This document shows positions 9,931 to 19,771 of a DNA stretch of 26,006 nucleotides, piece after piece. The DNA is taken from NCBI GenBank assembly GCA_031416075.1, contig JANOSY010000069.1, forward strand, positions 1 through 26,006, given 5' to 3'. A program made the translations under genes and the position numbers. Under the pieces are notes generated by a model. That model saw only the letters and a list, made by a program, of their open reading frames with translations, was not told where the DNA came from and made no database searches. The stretch is from Candidatus Tenderia sp. GTDB taxonomy: Bacteria > Pseudomonadota > Gammaproteobacteria > Tenderiales > Tenderiaceae. Every line of letters begins with the position of its first letter. Position 1 is the first letter of the stretch.

Positions 9931-10126
9931 ACCACCCCCGTCATTCAGATTTTTTTATAGCTTTTTTTTTACCTGCTGGCGGATATTACCCTACTTGCGT
10001 ATAGGAAAGGGTTGCTCTTTTTCCACCACTAAACAACGATTTTCTAATATTTCCTTGCATTTCATTAGCGTCTTTAGTGAGATACGTGCCTGAGTAAAAG
10101 ACTACAGAACCTAGTGAGGCATCATC

Positions 10127-11308
10127 ATGACTATAAAATCATTTCATCCACCCCAGCGCACCTTAATGGGGCCAGGGCCGTCTGATGTGAATCCCCGTGT
10201 TCTGGAAGCGCTGGGGCGTCCCACCATTGGCCATCTTGACCCTCTGTTTGTGGGAATGATGGATGAGGTTAAGGGGCTATTGCAGTACGCCTTTCAAACC
10301 CGCAATGAGCTGACCATGCCAGTATCAGCCCCTGGCTCTGCCGGGATGGAGAGCTGTTTTGTGAATCTGGTTGAGCCGGGTGACAAGGTGATCATCTGCC
10401 AGAACGGTGTGTTTGGCGGACGCATGAAGGAAAACGTGGAGCGCTGCGGTGGTGTGGCGGTGATGGTCCAGGATGATTGGGGCCGTGCGGTGGATCCACA
10501 AAAGCTTGAGGATGCACTCAAAGCCAACCGCGATACTAAAGTGGTGGCATTTGTCCATGCCGAGACCTCTACAGGGGCGCAGTCCGATGTTAAAACATTG
10601 GTGGAGATTGCCCACCGCTACGATGCGCTGACGATTGTGGATGCCGTTACGTCATTGGCAGGGACCACCCTGCTGGTGGATGAGTGGGATGTGGATGCAA
10701 TCTACTCTGGCACGCAAAAATGCCTCTCCTGCACACCGGGGCTGTCCCCCGTCAGTTTTAATGAACGTGCCCTGGAAAAGATCAAACAGCGCAAACATAA
10801 GGTGCAGAGCTGGTTTATGGACCTGAATCTGGTGATGGGCTACTGGGGCAGCGGTATTAAACGTAGCTATCACCACACTGCACCGGTGAATGCGCTTTAT
10901 GGCCTGCACGAAGCGCTGGTTATTCTCAATGAAGAGGGTCTCGCCAATGCCTGGGCTCGTCACCACAAATATCACCTCGCCCTGCGTGCCGGGATCGAGG
11001 CAATGGGGTTGAGCTTTGTTGTGCCCGAGGCGGAACGTTTGCCACAACTTAACGCCGTTACACTGCCTGCCGGGGTTGATGATGCCCAGGTGCGGTCAAT
11101 GTTGCTCAATGAGTACCAGCTGGAGATTGGTGCTGGGCTGGGGGTTATGGCGGGCAAAGTGTGGCGTATCGGCCTGATGGGCCATACATGCAACAACCGC
11201 AATGTATTACTCTGCCTGCACGCGCTGGATGATGTGCTGGGACGGCTGAAGGCCCCCATCATACGTGGTGTAGCGGTTGCCGCTGCACAACAAAAACTGG
11301 CTGAATAG
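10127..11308 (+). CDS. Alanine-glyoxylate/serine-pyruvate aminotransferase family (class V PLP enzyme)
   Basis: 393 aa; LMGPGPS, HAETSTG, VDAVTSL, SGTQKCL (PLP lysine), YHHTAP and WRIGLMG. Confidence 0.92.
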   Translation: MTIKSFHPPQRTLMGPGPSDVNPRVLEALGRPTIGHLDPLFVGMMDEVKGLLQYAFQTRNELTMPVSAPGSAGMESCFVNLVEPGDKVIICQNGVFGGRMKENVERCGGVAVMVQDDWGRAVDPQKLEDALKANRDTKVVAFVHAETSTGAQSDVKTLVEIAHRYDALTIVDAVTSLAGTTLLVDEWDVDAIYSGTQKCLSCTPGLSPVSFNERALEKIKQRKHKVQSWFMDLNLVMGYWGSGIKRSYHHTAPVNALYGLHEALVILNEEGLANAWARHHKYHLALRAGIEAMGLSFVVPEAERLPQLNAVTLPAGVDDAQVRSMLLNEYQLEIGAGLGVMAGKVWRIGLMGHTCNNRNVLLCLHALDDVLGRLKAPIIRGVAVAAAQQKLAE

Positions 11309-11316
11309 ATGAAGAT

Positions 11317-11341
11317 GGCGGTCAGCGGTTTGCTGACCGCC
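11317..11341. terminator. GC-rich hairpin downstream of the aminotransferase
   Basis: GGCGGTCAGC-GGTTT-GCTGACCGCC, a perfect 10-bp stem 8 nt after the stop. There is no U-tract, so a terminator role is uncertain. Confidence 0.45.
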
Positions 11342-11506
11342 TGCCCCAATCATCACTCGTATTAGCAATTGTGGCACCACCCGCGGTATGAATTGATCTT
11401 TTACAGCTCAATTAAAGCACCGGAGGTATCACACGCCCCCTTGCCGGGTTACTATATAGATATTTCGTAAACCTTTTATGGCCATTATTAACTGTAGAAT
11501 CAATCC

Positions 11507-12334
11507 ATGACTGAATCCGTTGCCAGCCATTCACCCAGCCATGCGGCTGCGTGGTGGGGTCTACGCAAACTGGAGTGCCAACAATCACTGAAAATCGAGC
11601 TGGAAGGGCTGCGGTTTGCCGTGACTCGTCAAATGAATGAGTGGCGATTTTTTTATGACCAGCCTGGCGTAAGCGCCACACCGCCCGCCAGCCACTGGCA
11701 ACAGCAGCTGGGCGATGTCGCCCCGGATGAATATAAAGAGATGGCGCGTTTTATGTTTCGCACCACACACACTACGCTCAACATCATTCCAGCGCTGGCT
11801 GACCGTCCCGTTGTTACCACGCCCACCACACCGCTCAATTTGCCGCCGGATGAAGAGGTGACCCTTTTTGTCAGCTCACCCCTCTGGATGCAGGTATATA
11901 GCGAAGGGGGGACATTACCTCTGCTCGATATCCCCATTCAGCGTATCTCTGACACTTGGTTTGGCAGCAGCACCCAGAGTGGTGAACTCTGTTATGCCAG
12001 CCGCACCCATGGCTATCTGTCACTGCAACAGGTGCCAATACGGATGCATCGGGCCATCACACCCGTGGTGGTTAAAAACAACGCTGGCACCAACCTGCTG
12101 CTGGAGCGCATCAGCCTACCAGCACCCAACCTTTCACTCTATGCTGACCAGGAGTCACGACTCTGGACAGAGACCATCACTCTGGAGCGTGAAAGTGATG
12201 GTGATATGGCATCGCTAGCGATAGCGCCACACCCCCCGGCGCAACTTGAGTCACCCGTGCGCCTGTGCGAGCCACGCAGCAAGCTGCACAAAAGCAGTCT
12301 GGCAATACGCGCCTTCAGCGTACTGTTCGACTAA
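11507..12334 (+). CDS. Hypothetical protein, probably DUF432-like
   Basis: 275 aa with no obvious transmembrane segment; LADRPVV, DTWFG, GELCYA, RAITPV and LERISLP blocks recalled from DUF432-like proteins. Family assignment is from memory. Confidence 0.65.
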   Translation: MTESVASHSPSHAAAWWGLRKLECQQSLKIELEGLRFAVTRQMNEWRFFYDQPGVSATPPASHWQQQLGDVAPDEYKEMARFMFRTTHTTLNIIPALADRPVVTTPTTPLNLPPDEEVTLFVSSPLWMQVYSEGGTLPLLDIPIQRISDTWFGSSTQSGELCYASRTHGYLSLQQVPIRMHRAITPVVVKNNAGTNLLLERISLPAPNLSLYADQESRLWTETITLERESDGDMASLAIAPHPPAQLESPVRLCEPRSKLHKSSLAIRAFSVLFD

Positions 12335-12341
12335 GGGGGCG

Positions 12342-13181
12342 ATGATGATAGAAAAGATCAATGCCATGCTCGACAGCGGCACACTCATACAACTGCTGCG
12401 CGCCTCCAGTCTACTGGTGGCTGGATTTTTTATTGCCAAACTTGCCAGCCTGGGGCTCACCCGCGCTGCAAAAAACCATCTTGATCACCACCAGTCAATC
12501 ATGCTCAGGCGCGGCAGCTACTACCTGATCCTGATTCTGTTTTTCATCACGGCCTTGCATCAGATGGGGTTTAATCTCAGCGTACTGCTCGGCGCGGCCG
12601 GCATTCTCTCTGTTGCTATCGGCTTTGCCTCGCAGACATCCGCCTCTAACATCATCAGCGGCCTGTTTCTGATCACTGAACGCCCCTTCTCCGTAGGCGA
12701 CATGATCCGTGTGGGGACCACCTCCGGTGAGGTGCTTTCTATCGACCTGCTGTCAGTCAAGCTACGTACCTTTGACAATCTGCTGGTACGCATCCCGAAT
12801 GAGGCCTTGATCAAATCAGAAGTGACCAACATGACCCGCTTTCCCATTCGGCGCATAGACCTGTTGATCGGCATTGCCTATAAAGAAGATGTTAGAAAAG
12901 TGCGTACCGTTATGGAGCAGGTTGCCGATGAAAACCCACTCTGCCTGGAAGAGCCCAAACCACTCTTTATCTTTTTAGGTTTTGGTGACTCGTCACTCAA
13001 TCTGCAATTTTCTGTATGGGCCAAACGGGAAAATTTCCTGGAGCTTAAAAACACCATTCAAATTGAGATCAAAGAGGCCTTTGATGCCCACGGCATTGAG
13101 ATTCCGTTTCCGCAGCGCTCACTAACGCCTGGGGCAGAGCCGTTATCCATCAAGATTGTAGGTAATGAACAGAGACCTTAA
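12342..13181 (+). CDS. Small-conductance mechanosensitive channel (MscS family)
   Basis: Three hydrophobic segments, GAAGILSVAIGFASQ, ERPFSVGD and GIEIPFPQR. Start moved to ATG 12342 (or 12345) after AAGGGGG. Confidence 0.93.
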   Translation: MMIEKINAMLDSGTLIQLLRASSLLVAGFFIAKLASLGLTRAAKNHLDHHQSIMLRRGSYYLILILFFITALHQMGFNLSVLLGAAGILSVAIGFASQTSASNIISGLFLITERPFSVGDMIRVGTTSGEVLSIDLLSVKLRTFDNLLVRIPNEALIKSEVTNMTRFPIRRIDLLIGIAYKEDVRKVRTVMEQVADENPLCLEEPKPLFIFLGFGDSSLNLQFSVWAKRENFLELKNTIQIEIKEAFDAHGIEIPFPQRSLTPGAEPLSIKIVGNEQRP

Positions 13182-13261
13182 GTATATTTTTCACCGGTAA
13201 TACCTAATTTTTCTACCACCCCCGGCACGGGGGTAAAACATAAGACTCAATACTGATATTA

Positions 13262-15004
13262 ATGAATCGCACGACCATTCAATGTTTGCTCATCATTGTC
13301 AACCTGCTCCACGGCGCTGTGGCCATGGCTGCGCCCGCAGTCACGATCACCATTGAAGGTGTCGATAATGAGCTGCTCACCAATGTGCAACAGCTGCTCA
13401 GCGTCGAACAACAGCGTGAACATCCACTGCTTGCCGAAGGGCGCATCCAGCGACTGCACAGCAAGGCCGATGAGGAGATTAACAACGCGCTGCAACCGTT
13501 TGGTTACTATCGCGCCACCATCAAAAAAAACCTGGTCCTGAAAAGTGATGAACAGTGGTATGCCACCTATAACATTGCGTTGGGAGAGCCACTTACAATC
13601 ACCACACTCACCCGTACCATCGGTGGTGATGCTGCAACCGACGCCCCCCTTAAAGAGCTATGGGATAGCTTTCCGCTCAAAGAGGGGGATGTGCTTAATC
13701 AGTCTCTGTATGAACAGGCCAAACGGGATATGTTGAAGCTGGCCAATGAGCGTGGTTATTTTGATGCCGATTTTACCATTGCCCAAATCGCCATCGATTT
13801 AAAGCAGTATACCTCTCACATTACACTCCAGTTCAGCAGCGGCGCACGTTACCATTTTGGCCAGACCGAACTGAACCAGAGTGTGCTGAACGAAGATTTT
13901 TTATATCGCTTTGTCCCATTCGAACAGGGCGATCCCTACAGCATCAATAAACTGCTGGATCTACAACAGGGGTTGATGGGGAGTGACTACTTCAGCGTCG
14001 TGGAACTACAACCACAGCTACCCAACCGCCGTGACAATACGGTGCCTGTGCTGGTCAACCTGGAGCCACGTAAACAGCACCGTTATTTAATCGCTCTCGG
14101 TTACGGCACGGATACCGGACCCCGTGGCAAACTGGGGTGGGAGATGCCCCGAATCAACCGTGCCGGCCATCGCATCGATACCGAATATCGGGCATCAGCC
14201 ATTGGCAACAATCTCAGTGGCCGCTACCGAATCCCTATTCGTAATCCACGCAAAGAGCAGCTGATATTCAGCGGCAGCCTAGCCAACACCCGTCTGGACA
14301 GCAGCGAAAGCAGCATCGCCAATCTTGGTGCCAGCCTGTTGCAGGTGCACGGCCCATGGCAAGAGACATTCTCTCTTAACTACCATAACGAAAGTTATAA
14401 AATTGCCAATATCGACCGTCGCACAACACTGCTGATGCCAGGATTCAGTATTAGCCGCCGTCTTAGTGGTGACCATGCCCTCATAGATCAAGGCCTTCGT
14501 CTCAGCGCCGAAATTCGTGGCGGTGCCAAGGGTGCCTTTTCAGATATCAATTTTTTCCAGGGACAGCTGCACGCCAAGGGCATTACCTCGCTCAGTGAAC
14601 GGCAACGTCTGATCATGCGTGGCACCATCGGTGGCATTAACGCCATTGAGTTTGACAAACTGCCCGCCTCATTACGTTTTTATGCTGGCGGCACACAGAG
14701 TGTCCGTGGGTTTCGTTACCAGTCCCTCTCTCCGCTCAATAGTGATGGAAAGGAGATCGGTGGAAAATATCTGCTGACCAGCAGCGCGGAATATGAGTTA
14801 CGCCTGAACCAGGAGTGGAGCTGGGCACTGTTTGTTGATGCTGGTAACGCCTTCAACGATTTTAATCCCAACATTAAAAAGGGGGTTGGCACCGGTATCC
14901 GTTGGCAAACACCCGTCGGCCCGCTCCGCTTTGATATCGCTTCAGCGATTTCGGAGCCTGGCAGGCCATGGAAATTTCATATCAACGTCGGGCCGGACTT
15001 ATGA
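13262..15004 (+). CDS. tamA: Omp85-family translocation and assembly module outer membrane protein TamA
   Basis: 580 aa; signal peptide, POTRA-like repeats (PFGYY, ERGYFDA), GYGTDTGPR, RFYAGGTQSVRGF and C-terminal FHINVGPDL; followed by tamB. Confidence 0.92.
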   Translation: MNRTTIQCLLIIVNLLHGAVAMAAPAVTITIEGVDNELLTNVQQLLSVEQQREHPLLAEGRIQRLHSKADEEINNALQPFGYYRATIKKNLVLKSDEQWYATYNIALGEPLTITTLTRTIGGDAATDAPLKELWDSFPLKEGDVLNQSLYEQAKRDMLKLANERGYFDADFTIAQIAIDLKQYTSHITLQFSSGARYHFGQTELNQSVLNEDFLYRFVPFEQGDPYSINKLLDLQQGLMGSDYFSVVELQPQLPNRRDNTVPVLVNLEPRKQHRYLIALGYGTDTGPRGKLGWEMPRINRAGHRIDTEYRASAIGNNLSGRYRIPIRNPRKEQLIFSGSLANTRLDSSESSIANLGASLLQVHGPWQETFSLNYHNESYKIANIDRRTTLLMPGFSISRRLSGDHALIDQGLRLSAEIRGGAKGAFSDINFFQGQLHAKGITSLSERQRLIMRGTIGGINAIEFDKLPASLRFYAGGTQSVRGFRYQSLSPLNSDGKEIGGKYLLTSSAEYELRLNQEWSWALFVDAGNAFNDFNPNIKKGVGTGIRWQTPVGPLRFDIASAISEPGRPWKFHINVGPDL

Positions 15005-18000
15005 AACGCCGCCTGATCATTGCCACACTATTGCTTTTGCTGCTGCCGACACTGTTTATCGGCTGGGTGGTGAACAGTGGTCATGGGCTACGCTGGCTAC
15101 TAACACAGATTGTGCTCTCCAAATCACTGGAGATCGATACCATTCAGGGCAATCTGCTCGGCTCACTGCATATCACCGGCCTCCGTTACCACGACGATAA
15201 AATAAAAATCACGCTTGATGATGCCATGCTTAAGTGGCACCCATCCGCACTCTGGCACAAAGAGTTTCGTACCGAGATGCTCTATCTGAAACAGCTGACT
15301 GTCGAACTTGCCGCCAGCGATGAGACACCCTTGCAACTGCCCAACATCCATCTGCCCCTCAATATTAAGTTAGATGATATACAGATCAACGACCTTAAAA
15401 TTATTCGCCCAGAACAACCCACGTTACAGATTAACAACGCCAGCCTGCGGGCCAGCGCCTACAACAGTAATGTACAAATTCAATATCTGGACATCAGCAG
15501 TGACATTGCACAGCTCTCACTGCACGGCGCACTGCACCCCTACGACCACTACTGGCATGATCTTAACCTGCAGTGGCAGCTCCAGCTCCCCCAGCAACCC
15601 ACCCTGAATGGCAGCGGTAAGCTCAAGGGTGATCTGCAGCAGACCTCACTGGAACATAATCTGACCTTCCCGATTAAGGCCACCACCTCACTCACCCTCT
15701 TTGATCTGCTGCAAACACTGCGCTGGCAGGCGTCACTACAGATCCCCAAACAGCCACTGGATAGTGTGTATGAAACATGGCCAAGTGAACATGTGGCACT
15801 TAATGCCCGTGGCAGTGGCGATTTGAAACAGGCCGCCATTGATACCTTCGATCTGCAGACACTCAACAGCCAGATAGCAGGCAAAGGGCAATTTAGTTGG
15901 CACGATGGAATCCACTGGCAAGCTGAGGTCGATACACCACGCTTTGACTTTGTTGCACTCTGGGCACTGCTCAAGGTCAATGGACCGATGGTCCGTGCCG
16001 GTATCAAAGGCCGGGTAGAAGGCGATCTTGAACAGCTCACTACCAGTGATGTGACGTTGCGTGCCTTTGATGGCACCATCAACGGCAATGCCAACGTGCG
16101 CTGGAGTGAACCGTTGCGCTGGCAGACAGAGCTACGCTCCCAAGCGTTATCACTCACACAGCTCTGGCCATTAATGGCACTTGAACGGCAGGGGCTGCCT
16201 GCTGGCCGCGCCAACATCAATGTCATACTGGATGGCAATAGCCAAGGCCTGACATTCAAACAGCTCATGCTCAGCTCACTCGGCGCAACCGTACGTGGTA
16301 ACGGCAAGGTGCTCTGGCAACCACAACTGCAGTGGCAGACAGCACTCTCTGGCACGGGGGTTAATCCCGCCGTGTGGCAACCACAGCGGCTGACAGCGTG
16401 GCACGGTAATCTGGCCACCCAGTTTCACCATCGTGGCAGTTACAACCACAATCAACTGCTGGGGGAAGTGGATATACAACAGCTCAGCGGCACACTGCGC
16501 GATTACCCACTGCAATTGGAATCGCAACTGGCACTGACAAAAGAGGCGTTGCTGATTAAAAATCTCTCACTCACCTCTGCCGAGTCCCACGTTACCGCCC
16601 ATGGCAACATTGGCACCACCATGGATCTACAACTGCAACTCGACTCACCGCAACTGAGACAGCTTTACCCGGATGTCAGCGGCGCGTTACAGGCAAAGGC
16701 CCAGCTCAGCGGCAGCCAATCAGCGCCGCTGCTGCAACTGCAACTGGATGGCAAACAGCTCGCTTATGATGGGCAGCAGGTAGGCCTGCTGAAAGGTGAG
16801 GCTGAAATACAGCTGTTCAGCTGGCAAAAGATATTAATCGATCTGCAGGCAGAACAGTTACAGCTGGCCGGTCAACAGATAGACGCCCTGGATATTGGCG
16901 CTCAAGGCGAAGCAACCGACCACCAGTTACAACTCTACCTGAAAGCAGAACAGCTGGAGACAACATGGCTGCTAAGTGGCAATCTCAATGCCAATACACA
17001 ACAGTGGAAAGGGAATATTGAACGGGCCGATCTAAACAATAACAAACTGGGACTGTGGCAACTTGCCTCACCGTCAGCGCTATCCGCCTCTACCAACCAG
17101 ATTAAATTAGCCCCCCTCTGCTGGCAGCAACGCGACAGCCAACTCTGCATTGATATTCAGCAACAGCAACATGGGTGGCACGCTGCGCTGCATGGCAAAC
17201 AGATCAACCTGGCAATGGTCAGCCCCTGGCTACCCAATGAGATGCAGCTACACGGCGAAACAACATTACAAGCAACGGCCAACTACACACCGCAACAACC
17301 ACTGGTTGCGGAAGCACGTATCACCCTCGATAACGGTTATGTCTCATACCCGATCATCGATGGCGAACGCAGTGAATGGCGTTTTAACCAAGGTATCTGG
17401 CAGAGCAATCTTGATGCACAGGGGTTGCGCTCAGATCTGAATCTGGCGCTGGCAACCTCTAACAAGGCACAAGATCAGATACAAGCCACACTCGAATTGA
17501 AGGGTTACAATCCACTCACAACGGCCGTAAACGAACAGCCCATCAACGGTGAGATCAACGCCAACATCAGCGACCTTGGACTGATCGATAATCTGTTTGA
17601 CGATATTCAGGGGCTACAGGGAGAGATCAAAATCAACAGCCGTATTGGCGGCACCCTGGTAAAACCTCAACTCGCCGGTGCCCTGCGCCTGCAAAATACC
17701 AAACTACAGATTCCACGGCTCGGCCTTTCACTCACCGATGTGCAGTTTGATGCCAATAGCAGCGGCACAGATACGTTGAACTATCGTCTGCAAGCCCACT
17801 CTGGCGACGGCACCATCGAGGCCAAGGGTGAGACACAATTAAACGCCCATACCGGCTGGCTCACAGAGATTGCACTGACCGGGGAGATGTTTGAGGTTTC
17901 GCGCATCCCGGAAGCACGTGTCCTGGTATCACCCAACCTTAAAATAAAAATGGCACATCGTGAGCTCTGGCTCAATGGCGAAGTATTAGTGCCTCATGCA

Positions 18001-18801
18001 CGCCTTGAACCAAAAGAGTTTAGCAGTGCCACCACCACCTCCAGTGATGTTGTGATTATCGGCACTGAAACAACGAGGTTAAAACCGTGGCGTCTCCACA
18101 ATCGTGTCCGTCTGATCCTGGGTGATCGTGTTTCACTCTATGGTTTTGGTTTTGAAGGCAACATCAACGGCAACCTGCTGTTGATCGATGAGCCGGGCAA
18201 GATCACTGCCGCCAGCGGTGAATTAAACGTTATTGAAGGACGCTACCGCGCCTATGGCCAACGACTCGACATCGAACAGGGACGTCTGCTGTTTGCTGGC
18301 GGCCCTGTTACCAACCCAGCACTGGATCTTCGGGCTGTGCGCCACATTCAGGATATAACAGCAGGTATCAAAGTATACGGACCATTACGACAACCGCAGT
18401 TTGAGCTCTTCTCCACACCGGTTATGGATCAAACAGATGCACTGGCCTATCTGGTGCTTGGTGCACCGCTGGAACAGACCACCTCAAACAGTGATGGCGC
18501 AATCATGGCACAGGCAGCACTTGCCATCGGGCTCAAGGGCGGCGACTTTCTGGCCCGTAATATCGGCAACCAGTTTGGCATCGAAGAGATGCGTATTGAG
18601 AGCTCAGAAAATGGTGAGCAGGCATCGCTGGTCATGGGCCGCTATCTCACCCCCCGCCTCTATGTCGGATACGGTGTGGGTATTATTGATGCAACCAATA
18701 CCCTCACCATGCGTTATCAGCTTTCACAACACTGGCAGATCAAGGCCGAATCGGGCATCAACCAGAGTGCTGACATGATCTACACGATCGACAGCGAATG
18801 A
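15001..18801 (+). CDS. tamB: Translocation and assembly module inner-membrane-anchored protein TamB
   Basis: 1266 aa from ATG 15001 (ATGA overlap with tamA); N-terminal anchor, long beta-rich body and DUF490-like C-terminus (GRYRAYGQRL, GRYLTPRLYVGYG). Confidence 0.92.
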   Translation: MKRRLIIATLLLLLLPTLFIGWVVNSGHGLRWLLTQIVLSKSLEIDTIQGNLLGSLHITGLRYHDDKIKITLDDAMLKWHPSALWHKEFRTEMLYLKQLTVELAASDETPLQLPNIHLPLNIKLDDIQINDLKIIRPEQPTLQINNASLRASAYNSNVQIQYLDISSDIAQLSLHGALHPYDHYWHDLNLQWQLQLPQQPTLNGSGKLKGDLQQTSLEHNLTFPIKATTSLTLFDLLQTLRWQASLQIPKQPLDSVYETWPSEHVALNARGSGDLKQAAIDTFDLQTLNSQIAGKGQFSWHDGIHWQAEVDTPRFDFVALWALLKVNGPMVRAGIKGRVEGDLEQLTTSDVTLRAFDGTINGNANVRWSEPLRWQTELRSQALSLTQLWPLMALERQGLPAGRANINVILDGNSQGLTFKQLMLSSLGATVRGNGKVLWQPQLQWQTALSGTGVNPAVWQPQRLTAWHGNLATQFHHRGSYNHNQLLGEVDIQQLSGTLRDYPLQLESQLALTKEALLIKNLSLTSAESHVTAHGNIGTTMDLQLQLDSPQLRQLYPDVSGALQAKAQLSGSQSAPLLQLQLDGKQLAYDGQQVGLLKGEAEIQLFSWQKILIDLQAEQLQLAGQQIDALDIGAQGEATDHQLQLYLKAEQLETTWLLSGNLNANTQQWKGNIERADLNNNKLGLWQLASPSALSASTNQIKLAPLCWQQRDSQLCIDIQQQQHGWHAALHGKQINLAMVSPWLPNEMQLHGETTLQATANYTPQQPLVAEARITLDNGYVSYPIIDGERSEWRFNQGIWQSNLDAQGLRSDLNLALATSNKAQDQIQATLELKGYNPLTTAVNEQPINGEINANISDLGLIDNLFDDIQGLQGEIKINSRIGGTLVKPQLAGALRLQNTKLQIPRLGLSLTDVQFDANSSGTDTLNYRLQAHSGDGTIEAKGETQLNAHTGWLTEIALTGEMFEVSRIPEARVLVSPNLKIKMAHRELWLNGEVLVPHARLEPKEFSSATTTSSDVVIIGTETTRLKPWRLHNRVRLILGDRVSLYGFGFEGNINGNLLLIDEPGKITAASGELNVIEGRYRAYGQRLDIEQGRLLFAGGPVTNPALDLRAVRHIQDITAGIKVYGPLRQPQFELFSTPVMDQTDALAYLVLGAPLEQTTSNSDGAIMAQAALAIGLKGGDFLARNIGNQFGIEEMRIESSENGEQASLVMGRYLTPRLYVGYGVGIIDATNTLTMRYQLSQHWQIKAESGINQSADMIYTIDSE

Positions 18802-19751
18802 AAGTTCATCTCGCCCCTATGGAAGGTGTGCTTGATTACCACATGCGCGCCATACTCACCGACTTGGGTGGTTATAGCCACTGCGTGACGGAGTTTGTCC
18901 GGATTATTGACCGGCTGCTACCCAACAAGGTGTTTTACCGCTACTGCCCCGAACTCCGCCGGGGTGGACAGACCCCTTCGGGCACACCCGTCATCGTGCA
19001 ACTGCTTGGCGGAATCCCTGAGGCGATGGCCGAAAATGCACACCATGTAGCCAAACTTGGTGCGCCCGGCATCGATATCAACTTCGGCTGCCCATCCCGT
19101 TTGGTAAACCGCAAGGCAGGTGGCGCGGTACTGCTCAAAGAGCCACATCGAATCTATGACATTGTCCGGGCGGTGCGTGATGCAGTCCCGGCACACATAC
19201 CGGTCTCTGCAAAAATCCGGCTCGGTTATGATGATTGCCAACCGGCACTGGAGAATGCACACGCGGTGCAGGCCGCCGGAGCCAATTACATTACCGTACA
19301 CGCCCGCACTAAAATGGATGGTTACAAACATCCGGCACGCTGGGAGTGGCTGGCACAGATTAATGAGGCCATCACCATTCCGATGATCGGCAATGGTGAT
19401 ATCAATACCCTTGATGATTATCGCCGCTGCTGTGAAATCGGCGGCATTCAAGATGTGATGCTGGGGCGTGGTGCACTGGCCAATCCCGGATTGGCGCGAC
19501 AGATTAAAGCCAATACACAGGGAGAGGACATTGAGGCCATTGCATGGCCCACCATTCTGGCACTGCTGGTACAGCTGCCCGAACTGCTAAAACCTTCCGA
19601 TATCAGCAACGGGCGTTACATCACCACACGTCTCAAACAGTGGCTCACCTACTTAAGAAGCCATTACGATGAAGCACAATCGGGGTTTCAACAGGTCAGG
19701 GCCTTCAAAGATTACGAAACCATTATTGCCCGGCTTCAGCTGCACACATAA
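18798..19751 (+). CDS. dusC: tRNA-dihydrouridine synthase, DusC-like
   Basis: 317 aa; LAPMEGVLD, DINFGCP, VSAKIRLG, TVHART, GNGDI and MLGRGAL; ATGA overlap with tamB. Confidence 0.88.
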   Translation: MKVHLAPMEGVLDYHMRAILTDLGGYSHCVTEFVRIIDRLLPNKVFYRYCPELRRGGQTPSGTPVIVQLLGGIPEAMAENAHHVAKLGAPGIDINFGCPSRLVNRKAGGAVLLKEPHRIYDIVRAVRDAVPAHIPVSAKIRLGYDDCQPALENAHAVQAAGANYITVHARTKMDGYKHPARWEWLAQINEAITIPMIGNGDINTLDDYRRCCEIGGIQDVMLGRGALANPGLARQIKANTQGEDIEAIAWPTILALLVQLPELLKPSDISNGRYITTRLKQWLTYLRSHYDEAQSGFQQVRAFKDYETIIARLQLHT

Positions 19752-19771
19752 GACAGTCGCATTAATCTTAC

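Noticed and set aside
13218-13234. ACCCCCG-GCA-CGGGGGT hairpin as the mscS terminator
   Set aside because: Short stem and no downstream U-tract on either strand.
15549-16418. 289-aa antisense ORF within tamB, and other shadow ORFs across the window
   Set aside because: They lie fully inside well-supported genes, are Ser/Cys/Pro-rich and show no recognisable motifs.
10127-19751. Genes right of the WYL gene as CRISPR ancillary effectors
   Set aside because: They are divergently transcribed housekeeping or envelope families with no CARF, nuclease or transposon-targeting features.
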